Positions 25,259-34,906 of a DNA stretch of 64,000 nucleotides are shown in pieces. Source of the stretch: a virus (lineage: Duplodnaviria; Caudoviricetes); the IMG/VR virus record IMGVR_UViG_3300048854_000134, positions 5,225-69,224 of that record; one strand, written 5' to 3'. The notes beneath the pieces are model-generated. The model searched no databases, was not told where the DNA came from, and saw only the letters and a list, made by a program, of their open reading frames with translations. Made by a program: the position numbers and the translations under genes. Every line of letters begins with the position of its first letter. Positions within the stretch are counted from its first letter, which is position 1.

Positions 25259-25440
25259 GCGGCCCCGAACTGTGGCGCGTGCTGCGCGACCTTGAACACG
25301 AATCTCTTGATCCTGCTGATGCGACTCTGCTCCGGCCGGCATTTGCCGCGCTGCATGGCGGCGAGGCGATCGCGTTGCCTGAGGACTTGATCGTACGCGT
25401 CCACGAACTGAACAATAGCCGCGAAGGACGCAACTCATGA
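25255..25440 (+). CDS. Hypothetical protein
   Basis: 61-aa coupled ORF. Confidence 0.6.
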   Translation: MSGPELWRVLRDLEHESLDPADATLLRPAFAALHGGEAIALPEDLIVRVHELNNSREGRNS

Positions 25441-25631
25441 AGCCCGAGCGCCGCGCGGTGGAGAAAGCTCTCGCCAGATACGACCAAGCTGTCGACAAGA
25501 CCGCGGTGCTCGCTTTGGAAGTACTCGGCGCGACGGCTCAGATGGTGGCCGTTGATCTTGATCGAAAAATTTCGTTTGTGAGCGACGGCTTTCTGATCAC
25601 TCGCATACCAGCTAAGCAGGGAAACTTATGA
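25437..25631 (+). CDS. Hypothetical protein
   Basis: 64-aa coupled ORF. Confidence 0.6.
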   Translation: MKPERRAVEKALARYDQAVDKTAVLALEVLGATAQMVAVDLDRKISFVSDGFLITRIPAKQGNL

Positions 25632-26206
25632 CCAACGCGACTTCTCACGCTGACAAGGGTGGTAGCCGTCCAGACATTTTGACAGCTACCGGACGGTATT
25701 TCGATTTTTTGAATCCGCACCTCAGTGAATTCGACATCAACGACATCGCGCACGCTCTCTCGCACATATGTCGTTTCGCCGGACACACAAGCGTCTTTTA
25801 TTCTGTAGCACAGCATTCGGTTTATGTAAGTCGAATCGTTCCGGGGGAATTTGCACTGGCTGGTCTGTTGCACGACGCTGCTGAGGCTTTTATCGGTGAC
25901 GTTACAAAGCCGCTCAAGCGTCTCTTGCCCGACTACCAGGTAATCGAAGCGCGTGTCGAAGCCGCAGTGCTCGGCCGCTTCAACGTGCCGCTGCCGCTTC
26001 CCAATGCGGTTAAGCATGCCGATCTCGTCATGCTCGCGACCGAACAACGGGACCTGATGGCTCGTCACAGCGATCGATGGGCCTCGATTCACGGTATCGA
26101 ACCGCTGATATATCGGGTTGAACCTGTGCCGCCAGAAGCCGCGAAAGCGATGTTTATAGATCGGTTCTGGGAGTTGGCGGTCGAGTCGGAGGATAAGCAA
26201 GCATGA
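25628..26206 (+). CDS. HD-domain nucleotide phosphohydrolase (YfbR-like phage type)
   Basis: [34 protein letters not shown]. Confidence 0.88.
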   Translation: MTNATSHADKGGSRPDILTATGRYFDFLNPHLSEFDINDIAHALSHICRFAGHTSVFYSVAQHSVYVSRIVPGEFALAGLLHDAAEAFIGDVTKPLKRLLPDYQVIEARVEAAVLGRFNVPLPLPNAVKHADLVMLATEQRDLMARHSDRWASIHGIEPLIYRVEPVPPEAAKAMFIDRFWELAVESEDKQA

Positions 26207-28074
26207 AACGTGACCTGATGTCCCTCGCGCTGGATCTCGGCAGCGAACTGATTGTCGATAACTTCGCCGGCGGCGGTGGCGCAAGCACCGGACTCGAGCG
26301 TGCGTTCGGGCGGCCAGTCGACGTCGCGATTAACCACGACGCGGAAGCGCTGGCCATGCACGCGGCGAACCACCCGCACACCGTACACCACTGTGAAAGC
26401 GTGTTTGACGTCGATCCGGATGACATCACCGGCGATCAGCCGGTCGGACTAGTTTGGCTCTCGCCGGATTGCAAGCACTTCAGCAAGGCAAAGGGTGGTA
26501 AGCCAGTTTCGAAGAAGATTCGTGGTCTCGCATGGATCGCTCTGCGCTGGGCAACGAAAGTGAAGCCGCGCGCGATCATGCTTGAAAACGTTGAAGAGTT
26601 TGTAACGTGGGGGCCGCTGATCGAAATGTCGCCCGGTGAGTTCATCCCGGATCCGGCACGCAAAGGCGAAACGTTCCAAGCTTTTGTCGGAATGCTCTCG
26701 ACCGGGATCCCTGCAGATCACCCTGCGCTGGCGGAGGTCTGCGAAGTACTCGAGGTGCCAGTCGATGGCGACGTTGCACATGCGCTGGTTCGCGGCCTTG
26801 GATACACGGTAGAACGTCGCGAGCTGCGCGCTTGTGACTATGGCGCGCCGACGATCCGCAAGCGCCTGTTCATTGTCGCCAGGCGCGACCACCTGCCGAT
26901 CGTGTGGCCGACGCCCACGCACGGAGATCCTAAGAGCCAGGCGGTGAAGAGCGGCAAGCTCTTGCCGTGGCGCACGGCGGCCGAGTGCATTGACTGGTCG
27001 ATTCCGTGCCCGTCGATCTTCGAGCGCACGCGGCCACTGAAAGACGCGACCCTGCGCAGAATCGCAAAGGGCATCATGAAGTTCGTCGTCAATAGCAACG
27101 ATCCGTTCATCGTCAAGTTCTCGCAGAACAGCACTGGCCAGACGCTTGATGAGCCGTTCCACACGGTGATGGCGGGCGCGCCACGCTTCGGCGTCGTAGT
27201 GCCGACGGTCATGCACATCACGCATCAAGGCACGGACCGCACTCGCACGGCTGATGTGCCGCTCTCGACTATCACCACGGCTAATCGCGGCGAGCAGGCG
27301 CTTGTATCAGCGACGCTGATCCAGACCGGCTATGGCGAGCGCCCGGGCCAAGAGCCGCGCGTGCCCGGCCTGGACAAGCCGCTCGGTACCGTCGTCGCGG
27401 GCGGCGTCAAGCATGCGCAGGTGACAGCGTTTCTCGCAAAGCATTACGGTGGTCATGAATCGCCAGGCGCGTCACTGGCTGATCCGATCAGCACCGTTAC
27501 GTCTGTCGACCATCACGCGCTTGTGACAGCCCAGATCGTCGGATGCGGCGGCCGCGCTGGCCAGTCTCGCCCGCGAGACAGTGGCGAGCCGCTCGCGACT
27601 ATCACCAGCAAAGCCGACTCGACCATCGTCACGTCGCAGCTCGTGAAACTGCGCGGGACGTGTCAGGACGGTCAGCCGGTCGATGAGCCACTCCACACGA
27701 TCAGCGCTGGCGGAACTCATCACGGCGAGGTGCGCGCGTTCCTTGTGAAGTACTACGGCGAGGGCGGTCAGTGGCAGGACGTGCGCGACCCGATGCACAC
27801 CATCCCGACGAAAGACCGCCTCGGCCTGGTGACGATCCATGGCGAGGATTACGCGATTGTCGATATCGGAATGCGCATGCTCACGCCGCGCGAGTTAGCG
27901 CGAGCGCAGGGATTCCCCGACAGCTACGTGCTCGACCCGCTGTTCGACGGGAAGCCGCTCACGAAGTCATCGCAGGTTCGGATGATTGGAAACAGCGTGT
28001 GCCCGGATGTAGCAACCGCGCTGATCTTGGCGAACTTCGCTCACGAGAAGCAAATCGCCGGGGCAGCGGCATGA
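26203..28074 (+). CDS. C5 DNA cytosine methyltransferase with seven internal repeats
   Basis: FAGGGG, SPDC, ENV, R.R, QGFP, IGNSV motifs. Confidence 0.93.
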   Translation: MKRDLMSLALDLGSELIVDNFAGGGGASTGLERAFGRPVDVAINHDAEALAMHAANHPHTVHHCESVFDVDPDDITGDQPVGLVWLSPDCKHFSKAKGGKPVSKKIRGLAWIALRWATKVKPRAIMLENVEEFVTWGPLIEMSPGEFIPDPARKGETFQAFVGMLSTGIPADHPALAEVCEVLEVPVDGDVAHALVRGLGYTVERRELRACDYGAPTIRKRLFIVARRDHLPIVWPTPTHGDPKSQAVKSGKLLPWRTAAECIDWSIPCPSIFERTRPLKDATLRRIAKGIMKFVVNSNDPFIVKFSQNSTGQTLDEPFHTVMAGAPRFGVVVPTVMHITHQGTDRTRTADVPLSTITTANRGEQALVSATLIQTGYGERPGQEPRVPGLDKPLGTVVAGGVKHAQVTAFLAKHYGGHESPGASLADPISTVTSVDHHALVTAQIVGCGGRAGQSRPRDSGEPLATITSKADSTIVTSQLVKLRGTCQDGQPVDEPLHTISAGGTHHGEVRAFLVKYYGEGGQWQDVRDPMHTIPTKDRLGLVTIHGEDYAIVDIGMRMLTPRELARAQGFPDSYVLDPLFDGKPLTKSSQVRMIGNSVCPDVATALILANFAHEKQIAGAAA

Positions 28075-29309
28075 ACTTTCAAACTGACATTTTCGAATCC
28101 GGCGCGAAGCGCCTGCAGATGACAGAGTCGATCGAACTGACGATTCAGTCGTTGCAAGCCTACGGTGTCGACCATCCGCACTGGGGAATCGCCTGGTCCG
28201 GTGGCAAAGACAGCAGCGCCACGTTGACGCTGATTTGCTGGCTGATCGACACGGGCAAAATTGCACGGCCTCGAACGCTGACCGTCTTCTATGCCGACAC
28301 GCGTCAAGAGCTTCCGCCGCTTGCAATTGCCGCGGAGCAAATCATGGATGAACTTCGGGAGAGAGGCATCCAGATCGAGGTTGTTCGCGCACCCATGGAC
28401 AAGCGTTTCATGGTCTACATCCTTGGTCGCGGCGTACCGCCGCCAAACAACAACACGCTTCGATGGTGTACTCGTCAGATCAAGATCGATCCGATGGAAG
28501 AAGCGTTGCGCCAGCGGCTTGAAGGGCTTGACGGAAACATCCTGATGATCACTGGGGTGCGGCAGGGCGAAAGCGCAATCCGTGACCGTCGCATCGAGAT
28601 GAGCTGCGGTAAAGACGGCGCCGAATGCGGACAAGGTTGGTATCAGCAAAGCCTCCCGAACGCACGAGGGCTGCGCGGCCGGATTTCCACTCTCGCACCG
28701 TTGCTTCATTGGCGGGTCTGCCACGTTTGGGAGTGGCTGCGTCACTGGGCACCGCAGGCCGAATTCGGCGATTGGTCTACGGCTGCGATCGCCGACGCGT
28801 ACGGTGGAGACGAAGCCGAAGAAATCAACGCGCGCACGGGTTGCATCGGATGCCCGTTGGCGCAAGAAGAGAAGGCTTTGGAAACGGTGTTGGCGATTCC
28901 CCATTGGGCGTACCTGTCGCCGCTGCGCGCGATTAAGCCGCTGTGGCGCGAGCTCCGCGAGCCACATAACCGCCTTCGTAAGGCAGGCCTTGAGTTCTTG
29001 AAGAACGGCACCACCGCAAAAAACCCGCAACGGCTCGGACCGCTTACGTTCGAAGCGCGTCACATGGCATTGAGCAGGATCCTGTCGGTCCAAGACGAGT
29101 GCAATCGCGCCGCGCTCGAGCATGGACGTCCACAGATCAGCCTGATCAATCCCGAGGAAGAGACGCGCATTCGGGAACTCATCGATCTACAGACGTGGCC
29201 GCATGGATGGGAGGGTGATGAACCGACCGGCGACGTGGTGATGGACGTCGTCTACGCGAATGGAGCAGTGCAGCCGCGTCTGTTCAGCGAGGACGACGTC
29301 CAGAGATGA
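28071..29309 (+). CDS. PAPS reductase-family, DndC-like protein
   Basis: WSGGKDS PP-loop, DT..ELP, RWCT..KI.P, GVR..ES..R, P...W....VW, RTGCIGCP. Confidence 0.85.
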   Translation: MNFQTDIFESGAKRLQMTESIELTIQSLQAYGVDHPHWGIAWSGGKDSSATLTLICWLIDTGKIARPRTLTVFYADTRQELPPLAIAAEQIMDELRERGIQIEVVRAPMDKRFMVYILGRGVPPPNNNTLRWCTRQIKIDPMEEALRQRLEGLDGNILMITGVRQGESAIRDRRIEMSCGKDGAECGQGWYQQSLPNARGLRGRISTLAPLLHWRVCHVWEWLRHWAPQAEFGDWSTAAIADAYGGDEAEEINARTGCIGCPLAQEEKALETVLAIPHWAYLSPLRAIKPLWRELREPHNRLRKAGLEFLKNGTTAKNPQRLGPLTFEARHMALSRILSVQDECNRAALEHGRPQISLINPEEETRIRELIDLQTWPHGWEGDEPTGDVVMDVVYANGAVQPRLFSEDDVQR

Positions 29310-29321
29310 ATTGCTAAGGCT

Positions 29322-29558
29322 TCAAATCTTGTCGAGGAAATCGTCACTGTCGTCGTGAGGATCCTCGCCAAGAGCAATCAGCGACATGCGAAGCGTGTCC
29401 ATCTCTGCTTCTTCAAATTCAGGCGTGCCGACCTTGAGTTTGCTGATGCTGACTTTGCCTTGAGCGACTCGCATTGCATCGATGCTTTGGGCGAATGACG
29501 TGGCCGCAAGCTTGTAGAAGGCTTCCGGTTCTTCGGGGAGTTGAGTTGGATTTGTCAT
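29322..29558 (-). CDS. Hypothetical moron protein with acidic tail
   Basis: 78 aa, opposite to the operon, AAGG RBS. Confidence 0.6.
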   Translation of the reverse strand: MTNPTQLPEEPEAFYKLAATSFAQSIDAMRVAQGKVSISKLKVGTPEFEEAEMDTLRMSLIALGEDPHDDSDDFLDKI

Positions 29559-29604
29559 TCCCGCCTTATCGGCGGCGCGGTTAAAAACTTTAGAGGAGAT
29601 CACC

Positions 29605-29973
29605 ATGACATCGAAGCGAGTTCCTTATGAGCTCACGGCCGCGAACTTCGTCGCCCGCATGCGCCCGGATTCTCAGTACACGATCTATCAGCTTGCAGCG
29701 AAGTTCAAGCTTCCGACAGACGCCGTGGCGTCCCTCACGCGGCAGTTGGTGGATGAAGGTGTGATTGTCGTAGTCAACACGCCGAAGAACCGCTATTACG
29801 TCCGTCCAGAAGGCGGGAAAGTACCGCAGCCCGAGCCAAAGCCGATCGACGACATGATATTGACGGTCGCCGGCCGGCGCGAGCCGCCAGATATGAAAGG
29901 GGTTTGGACAGGGCACGCCGAAGCTGTCGCAACGCGCATCTCCCTATGCATGATTGCGAGAGGCATGCGGTAG
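29605..29973 (+). CDS. Winged-helix-like hypothetical protein
   Basis: GAGGAG RBS; YTIYQLAAKF..V..L..LV..G.I. Confidence 0.7.
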   Translation: MTSKRVPYELTAANFVARMRPDSQYTIYQLAAKFKLPTDAVASLTRQLVDEGVIVVVNTPKNRYYVRPEGGKVPQPEPKPIDDMILTVAGRREPPDMKGVWTGHAEAVATRISLCMIARGMR

Positions 29974-29981
29974 AAGCGCCA

Positions 29982-30227
29982 TCAATCGATGTCCGACTCG
30001 CGCAGGTAGCGATCGATGACGCCAGCACCGAAGGCAACACCAATGTCGCGCGCCATATGCGCAGGGAAGGGGCCGTCCGGTAAGCGCATGACCTCCGCAG
30101 TCAACGGCGTGATTCGCGCAACTTCGGGGTTGGTTATCCGGCAGCTTATTTCGGCTTTTCCGTCGCTGATGGGGAACACCTGCACGTGAATGGCGTAGCC
30201 GCGGTAGAAGTCCGTAAATTCTGGCAT
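29982..30227 (-). CDS. Hypothetical protein
   Basis: 81-aa ORF with GGGA RBS, divergent from the second early promoter. Confidence 0.65.
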   Translation of the reverse strand: MPEFTDFYRGYAIHVQVFPISDGKAEISCRITNPEVARITPLTAEVMRLPDGPFPAHMARDIGVAFGAGVIDRYLRESDID

Positions 30228-30280
30228 CGCAATCCCTATTTGATTTGCGCAGTTTGACGGGCTAGACGTGCGTCGATCAA

Positions 30281-30323
30281 CACTAGTTTTTCTTGCATTA
30301 CTAGATTTTCCAGCATATATTTC
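30281..30323 (+). promoter_or_regulatory. Second copy of the pL/OL promoter-operator
   Basis: 42 of 43 bp identical to 14874-14916. Confidence 0.85.
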
Positions 30324-30364
30324 AGCCGTGGGCAGCGCAGTTTAATCCGATGAGGGACGTGCAA

Positions 30365-31348
30365 GTGGGAAGCGAAACAAAGATCGAGTGGTGCGACGCG
30401 ACCTTTAACCCTTGGATAGGGTGCACAAAGGTTTCTCCGGGTTGCGACCATTGTTATGCTGAACGCAGCACACCCTCCAGAGTGCAAAACATCCAGTGGG
30501 GACCTGGCAAGCCGCGACGCCGCACGTCGGCTGCAAATTGGCGCAAGCCGATCGCGTGGAACGCCGCACACGTTCAATTCTTCGCCGCGCACGGCCGGCG
30601 CCAGCGAGTGTTTTGCTCGAGCCTGGCCGATGTGTTCGACAACGCTATCGACCCTGCTTGGCGCGCAGATCTGTTCGCGCTGATCGAGCGCACGCCCAAT
30701 CTTGATTGGTTGCTGCTCACGAAACGCATCGGCAATGTCACCGCAATGATGGTCGAAACGGGCAAACGCTTGTTTTGGCTCGACCACATCGGTGACTGCT
30801 GGCTTCCGAGCAACGTCTGGCTGGGTGCAACGATCGTCAATCAGGAAGAGGCAAGCCGCGATATTCCTAAGCTGCTTGGCGTGCCGGCGGCGGTCCGATT
30901 TGTCAGCATGGAGCCGCTGTTAAGCGCGGTTGACCTAAATCTCTCGTGGAACAACGACACAGCTCGCTGGGACGGGTCGGGCAGAGATATTCCCTTGCGA
31001 CGCATCGACTGGGTGATTGTTGGCGGCGAATCAGGTCCTAACGCCCGTCCGATGCATCCGACCTGGGCGAGAGATCTTCGCGACCAGTGCGGAGCCGCTG
31101 GCGTCCCGTTCCTGTTCAAACAATTCGGCGAGTATCGCCCGGGCAGCGACTTTATCTACGACGACGGTCGAACCATCGCGGTAGATCTCGCTGGCCAAGT
31201 CACAAAAGGCACGCGGCACGAAGACTACCCGCAAGGTGCTGACTCATCTGACGGTTGGACCATGATGAGGCGCGTTGGCAAGAAGTTGGCCGGCCGCGAG
31301 CTCGACGGCGTGACGCATGACGAATTCCCCAATCGAGGCAACGCATGA
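30365..31348 (+). CDS. DUF5131 (Gp37/Gp68-like) radical-SAM-type protein
   Basis: IEWCDATFNPWIGCTKVSPGCDHCYAE, VFCSSLADVF, LLLTKR, SMEPLL, WVIVGGESG, FLFKQ. Confidence 0.9.
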   Translation: MGSETKIEWCDATFNPWIGCTKVSPGCDHCYAERSTPSRVQNIQWGPGKPRRRTSAANWRKPIAWNAAHVQFFAAHGRRQRVFCSSLADVFDNAIDPAWRADLFALIERTPNLDWLLLTKRIGNVTAMMVETGKRLFWLDHIGDCWLPSNVWLGATIVNQEEASRDIPKLLGVPAAVRFVSMEPLLSAVDLNLSWNNDTARWDGSGRDIPLRRIDWVIVGGESGPNARPMHPTWARDLRDQCGAAGVPFLFKQFGEYRPGSDFIYDDGRTIAVDLAGQVTKGTRHEDYPQGADSSDGWTMMRRVGKKLAGRELDGVTHDEFPNRGNA

Positions 31349-31701
31349 GCACTAGCCAACAACTCAAACAGCGCACGCGCGAGCAAATTGCGGCGCAAAT
31401 CGAAGCTTTGCTTCAGACGAGTGAGCCGTTGACGCGCACGCAGATTAAGACGGCCGTGCGTGCCGCAAGCGACACCGTGATTCCCATCCTTGAGCGCATG
31501 CGGTCCGATGGCGTGCTCGGGTCGTTCGAGACGAAGGGTCCGGTGCAGCGCGGCATTCGGCGCGATGAGCGGTGGTGTCTCGCCAGCAGACTGCCTAAGC
31601 CTGAGGTTAAACAGGTCCATTTCCGAGGCGCAGAGATCCTTGTTGGATTCCAGATTGCCGCGCGCGTCGCGCTGCGCACGACAACGCGGAGTGCGCGATG
31701 A
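31345..31701 (+). CDS. Hypothetical (winged-helix-like) protein
   Basis: 118-aa coupled ORF. Confidence 0.65.
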   Translation: MSTSQQLKQRTREQIAAQIEALLQTSEPLTRTQIKTAVRAASDTVIPILERMRSDGVLGSFETKGPVQRGIRRDERWCLASRLPKPEVKQVHFRGAEILVGFQIAARVALRTTTRSAR

Positions 31702-31895
31702 AAACTAAGTTCAAGATCGAGAACCCTGACTCGATACCGATGACGCTCACAATCACTATGCCAGCCGCGAAGTGGAAACAGCTCCGTGCACAGCTGGAAA
31801 CGACCTACCCGTCGTGGCAACTATCCCGCGCGATCAGCGAGATGGTCGACAGTGCGGACGCGGCGTTCTCGGCGACGATAGAGGTGGAACTGTGA
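31698..31895 (+). CDS. Hypothetical protein
   Basis: 65-aa coupled ORF. Confidence 0.65.
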   Translation: MKTKFKIENPDSIPMTLTITMPAAKWKQLRAQLETTYPSWQLSRAISEMVDSADAAFSATIEVEL

Positions 31896-32548
31896 AGGAA
31901 AGACCAATCCTCATGAATGGCGCGATGGTGCGCGCCACGGTTAGCGGCAGTAAGACGCAAACGCGACGCGTTGTGACACCACAGCCGATCTACGGCGACG
32001 TCATGAACACCTTTTCGAGCTGGATGTTCAAAAAACGAAACGGACCGGGAAATTGGCTTTTCCCAAACGCAACCGAAAACGTAATAGCTGAATGCCCTTT
32101 CGGTGTTCCCGGAGACCGCCTATGGATTCGCGAAACGTTTCTATACGCCGGGCCGGGGAGCGGATCGGACCTGCCGAGCTATCGCGAAGAGCGAGCCAGC
32201 CCCGAAAACCATATTGCGGCGAACTGCTGGTTTAGAGCGACGCAGCCGGATGATACGTTGGCATGGACGCCGTCTATCCACATGCCGCGATGGGCGTCGC
32301 GCATCACCCTCGAAGTCACCGGTGTGCGCGTCGAACGACTACAGAACATCAGCGAAGAGGATGCGCTTGCGGAAGGCGTTGAGCAGGATGCTCAGGGATT
32401 CCACATCGATGGCGGCCGGCACTTCCACGCGGCCAGCGCGCGCGAGTCGTACTCGTCGTTGTGGGACAGCCTCGCGCCTCCAGCAGGATCGACGTGGGCA
32501 GATAACCCGTGGGTATGGGTAGTTGAATTCAAGCGAGTGTCACTTTGA
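31892..32548 (+). CDS. ASCH/PUA-like phage protein
   Basis: KTQTRR, GDRLWIRETF, W.PSIHMPRWASRI.LE...VR.ERLQ.IS..DA.AEG, NPWVWVVEF. Confidence 0.8.
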   Translation: MKERPILMNGAMVRATVSGSKTQTRRVVTPQPIYGDVMNTFSSWMFKKRNGPGNWLFPNATENVIAECPFGVPGDRLWIRETFLYAGPGSGSDLPSYREERASPENHIAANCWFRATQPDDTLAWTPSIHMPRWASRITLEVTGVRVERLQNISEEDALAEGVEQDAQGFHIDGGRHFHAASARESYSSLWDSLAPPAGSTWADNPWVWVVEFKRVSL

Positions 32549-32574
32549 ACATCGACCGTCTCAAGGATAGAAAA

Positions 32575-32949
32575 ATGAAGAGCATTCTCGTCGCAATGGC
32601 TTATGTCTTGGCCCTCGCTGGCTGCAGCGACGCGGACGTCGCGTCGCGCAACCTTTCGCAAGCTGCCGATAACTTCGGCATTGAACGCAGAATTGTGTTC
32701 TACAACGGCATTACCGGCGACTACATGCTGACGATCGAAGGCCTGTGTTCTCTCGGGAATGCGGATAAGCCGAAAGAAGTCAGCATCACATGCAAGACCG
32801 GTCCCAACAGCTATAAAAAACATTTCCTCGGACTGTCGGACAACGTGACCTATTTCGTGGAGCAGGTCGACGCTGCAGATGTGAGCGTCTATCACTACAA
32901 AGTGATCTTCAAACCGTCCGTGATCGTGCCGGATATCTCAATCAGATAG
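32575..32949 (+). CDS. Conserved-type phage lipoprotein
   Basis: Lipobox LAGC; RNLS.AADNF...RRIVFYNGIT. Confidence 0.85.
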   Translation: MKSILVAMAYVLALAGCSDADVASRNLSQAADNFGIERRIVFYNGITGDYMLTIEGLCSLGNADKPKEVSITCKTGPNSYKKHFLGLSDNVTYFVEQVDAADVSVYHYKVIFKPSVIVPDISIR

Positions 32950-32976
32950 CTCGAAACCTCGACCCTAAAACCCATC

Positions 32977-33159
32977 ATGAAGATATATCCAGTTGTGCGC
33001 GTAGAGACCGATCCATACGGCAATTACGTCGATTCGAATGTGCTCTGTGTGTACGACACTCAGGACGCTGCATCGCTATATGTCGCTCATTGCAACAAAG
33101 CGGACGGCCCGAATTTTCAAACCTATTTCGATGAATTGTACGTGACGGAGGCCGAATGA
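32977..33159 (+). CDS. Hypothetical protein
   Basis: 60-aa ORF coupled to the next gene. Confidence 0.6.
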   Translation: MKIYPVVRVETDPYGNYVDSNVLCVYDTQDAASLYVAHCNKADGPNFQTYFDELYVTEAE

Positions 33160-34673
33160 CCGACGAACTCAAACCTTGCCCGTTTTGCGGATCGACCAAC
33201 ATTGGTTCAGGGGAGATTATTGGGCGCGAGCCGAACGGCGAAGGCTATTCGCAAACCGTTTGCAATGACTGTTGTGCGGCAGGGTCATACGGGAAATTGC
33301 GTGCCGGCGAAGTTGATTACGGTAGCGAGAAAGCTGACGCCGCTTGGAATAGACGCGCCACGCCAGCGGACCCTTACGCTGAATATCGACGCGGTGTTAG
33401 GGAAGCATTCAATCTCGTCAACATGATTAACGCCAATCGTCAGTGTCGTAACGATAAGGATACATGCTCCTACATCGTGCGCAGTCTGGCTGAACTTGCA
33501 AACGGCAGCAGCGCCACGCCAGCGGATCAAGAGCTGGTGGTTTGGCAAGACGGCGTAGGAATGCTGTGGGACGTCTACAGCCACGGCAAGCTTTCTAAGA
33601 AAGTCGTAAGCCCTATTAGTTGGGATGCGTGGTCCGTGTACAGACACATGGTCGACGTAGGGAAATTTTCACCTAACATCGACGTGCGCCTGGCCGATAC
33701 CCGCGCCTCGCCCGTGGACCATAGCGTCGTCGTCAGAATGCTCGAAGGTTATGCCGAGTCGTACGAAATGATGGCACGGCAAGAAAAAGACGCGACGGTG
33801 CGCTGTTCATCTGTCGCCGTGGACATTCGTCAAAACATGGCTCAGTGGGTGCGAAATCATTGCACGCCAACGGACCATCGTGGACCGGTAACGACCGTCC
33901 CGCTGATACTGACCGAGCAAATGCGTATAGCCGTTAAAGACTGGGTGCAGCGCCATCCGGTTCCCGGGGCTGGACTTTACGCGCAAGAGCTTTGGAACGA
34001 CATCCTAAGCGCCACGCCAGCGGACCATAGCAGACTACAGGTCTGGAACGGCCCGATGCCCGAGAGCAATGGCAAGACAAACTTCACCGCGATCCTGCAC
34101 CGCGGCGACATCAGCAAAGGCTTCACGATTGATCGGTCGGAGTATCCAGATCGTGTGCGATACGAAGCTGATCGAGTTCGCTGGCTAATTGGCGAGATCG
34201 ATAAGGAGCCGTACATTCTGGATTACGACGCAAACAGGCATAGCGGCTATGTCGCGCCAGCAGAACATGGGGACCCGGTATCAACGCCGGAAGGATGGAA
34301 GCTCGTGCCGACAGAGCCGACCGAAACAATGGTTGTCGATGGATTCGAATCGTGGCCGGCCCAATTTTTCAGCAGCCCGGAAGAGTGGGAAACATTCGAG
34401 GCGATGAGCGGATGTCAAAAGGCCGCGCACAAGGCTCGACTCTGCTACCGCGCCATGCTTGCCGCCGCACCCCAAGCCCCGCAGAAGGATGCGGAGAGCG
34501 TGCGGGATGCGATTGTTGAAATGGCAGCGGAAATTGCCACTGTCAAACGCTTTACCAAGTTCAACATGAAGGGAGAGCGGGCGGGGACTAAGTGCACGTT
34601 GAACGTCTCATATGACTTGTTGGAGCAGCTAGACGCAGCTTTGAAGTCAGTACAGCCAGAGTTGCGGTCATGA
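33156..34673 (+). CDS. Lar-like Zn-finger N-terminus plus mosaic Ead/Ea22-type cassettes
   Basis: LKPCPFCGS..C..C.A.G..AAWNRR; PEGWKLVP.EPT..M..AML.AAP module. Confidence 0.85.
   Translation: MTDELKPCPFCGSTNIGSGEIIGREPNGEGYSQTVCNDCCAAGSYGKLRAGEVDYGSEKADAAWNRRATPADPYAEYRRGVREAFNLVNMINANRQCRNDKDTCSYIVRSLAELANGSSATPADQELVVWQDGVGMLWDVYSHGKLSKKVVSPISWDAWSVYRHMVDVGKFSPNIDVRLADTRASPVDHSVVVRMLEGYAESYEMMARQEKDATVRCSSVAVDIRQNMAQWVRNHCTPTDHRGPVTTVPLILTEQMRIAVKDWVQRHPVPGAGLYAQELWNDILSATPADHSRLQVWNGPMPESNGKTNFTAILHRGDISKGFTIDRSEYPDRVRYEADRVRWLIGEIDKEPYILDYDANRHSGYVAPAEHGDPVSTPEGWKLVPTEPTETMVVDGFESWPAQFFSSPEEWETFEAMSGCQKAAHKARLCYRAMLAAAPQAPQKDAESVRDAIVEMAAEIATVKRFTKFNMKGERAGTKCTLNVSYDLLEQLDAALKSVQPELRS
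33355..34264 (+). repeat. Six in-frame 16-bp boundary repeats (GCGCCACGCCAGCGGA)
   Basis: Perfect at 33355, 33511, 34009; degenerate at 33703, 33859, 34249; spacings all multiples of 3. Confidence 0.85.
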
Positions 34674-34906
34674 AAGTGTTCGACGTTGAAAGCGCCGATG
34701 CGCTCATCCGTGTGATCAACATGACGCCACCGCTCGAAATCGAGTGCGCGATGTGCGACGCAGTCGGAGATTGGGTTGATGCCGTTCCATATTACTGTGG
34801 ACCGGTCGCCGAGGGCATGAGCGAAGGCGGCTATCGCTGCGTATGCAAGCCTTGCCACGACCGGTGGGCACGCTGGAATGATTCGCTGAAGTACTACGGA
34901 GCGTGA
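34670..34906 (+). CDS. Small Cys-rich protein
   Basis: CAMC...C.C..CH. Confidence 0.65.
   Translation: MKVFDVESADALIRVINMTPPLEIECAMCDAVGDWVDAVPYYCGPVAEGMSEGGYRCVCKPCHDRWARWNDSLKYYGA

Noticed and set aside
27771-28070. N-terminal extension of the 512-aa PAPS-reductase ORF
   Set aside because: Overlaps the MTase C-terminus; ATG 28071 overlaps the MTase stop
28071-29309. Complete Dnd/Ssp phosphorothioation system, or sulfate-assimilation CysH
   Set aside because: No DndA/B/E, SspB/C or cys operon genes in the window; kept only as a hypothesis in findings
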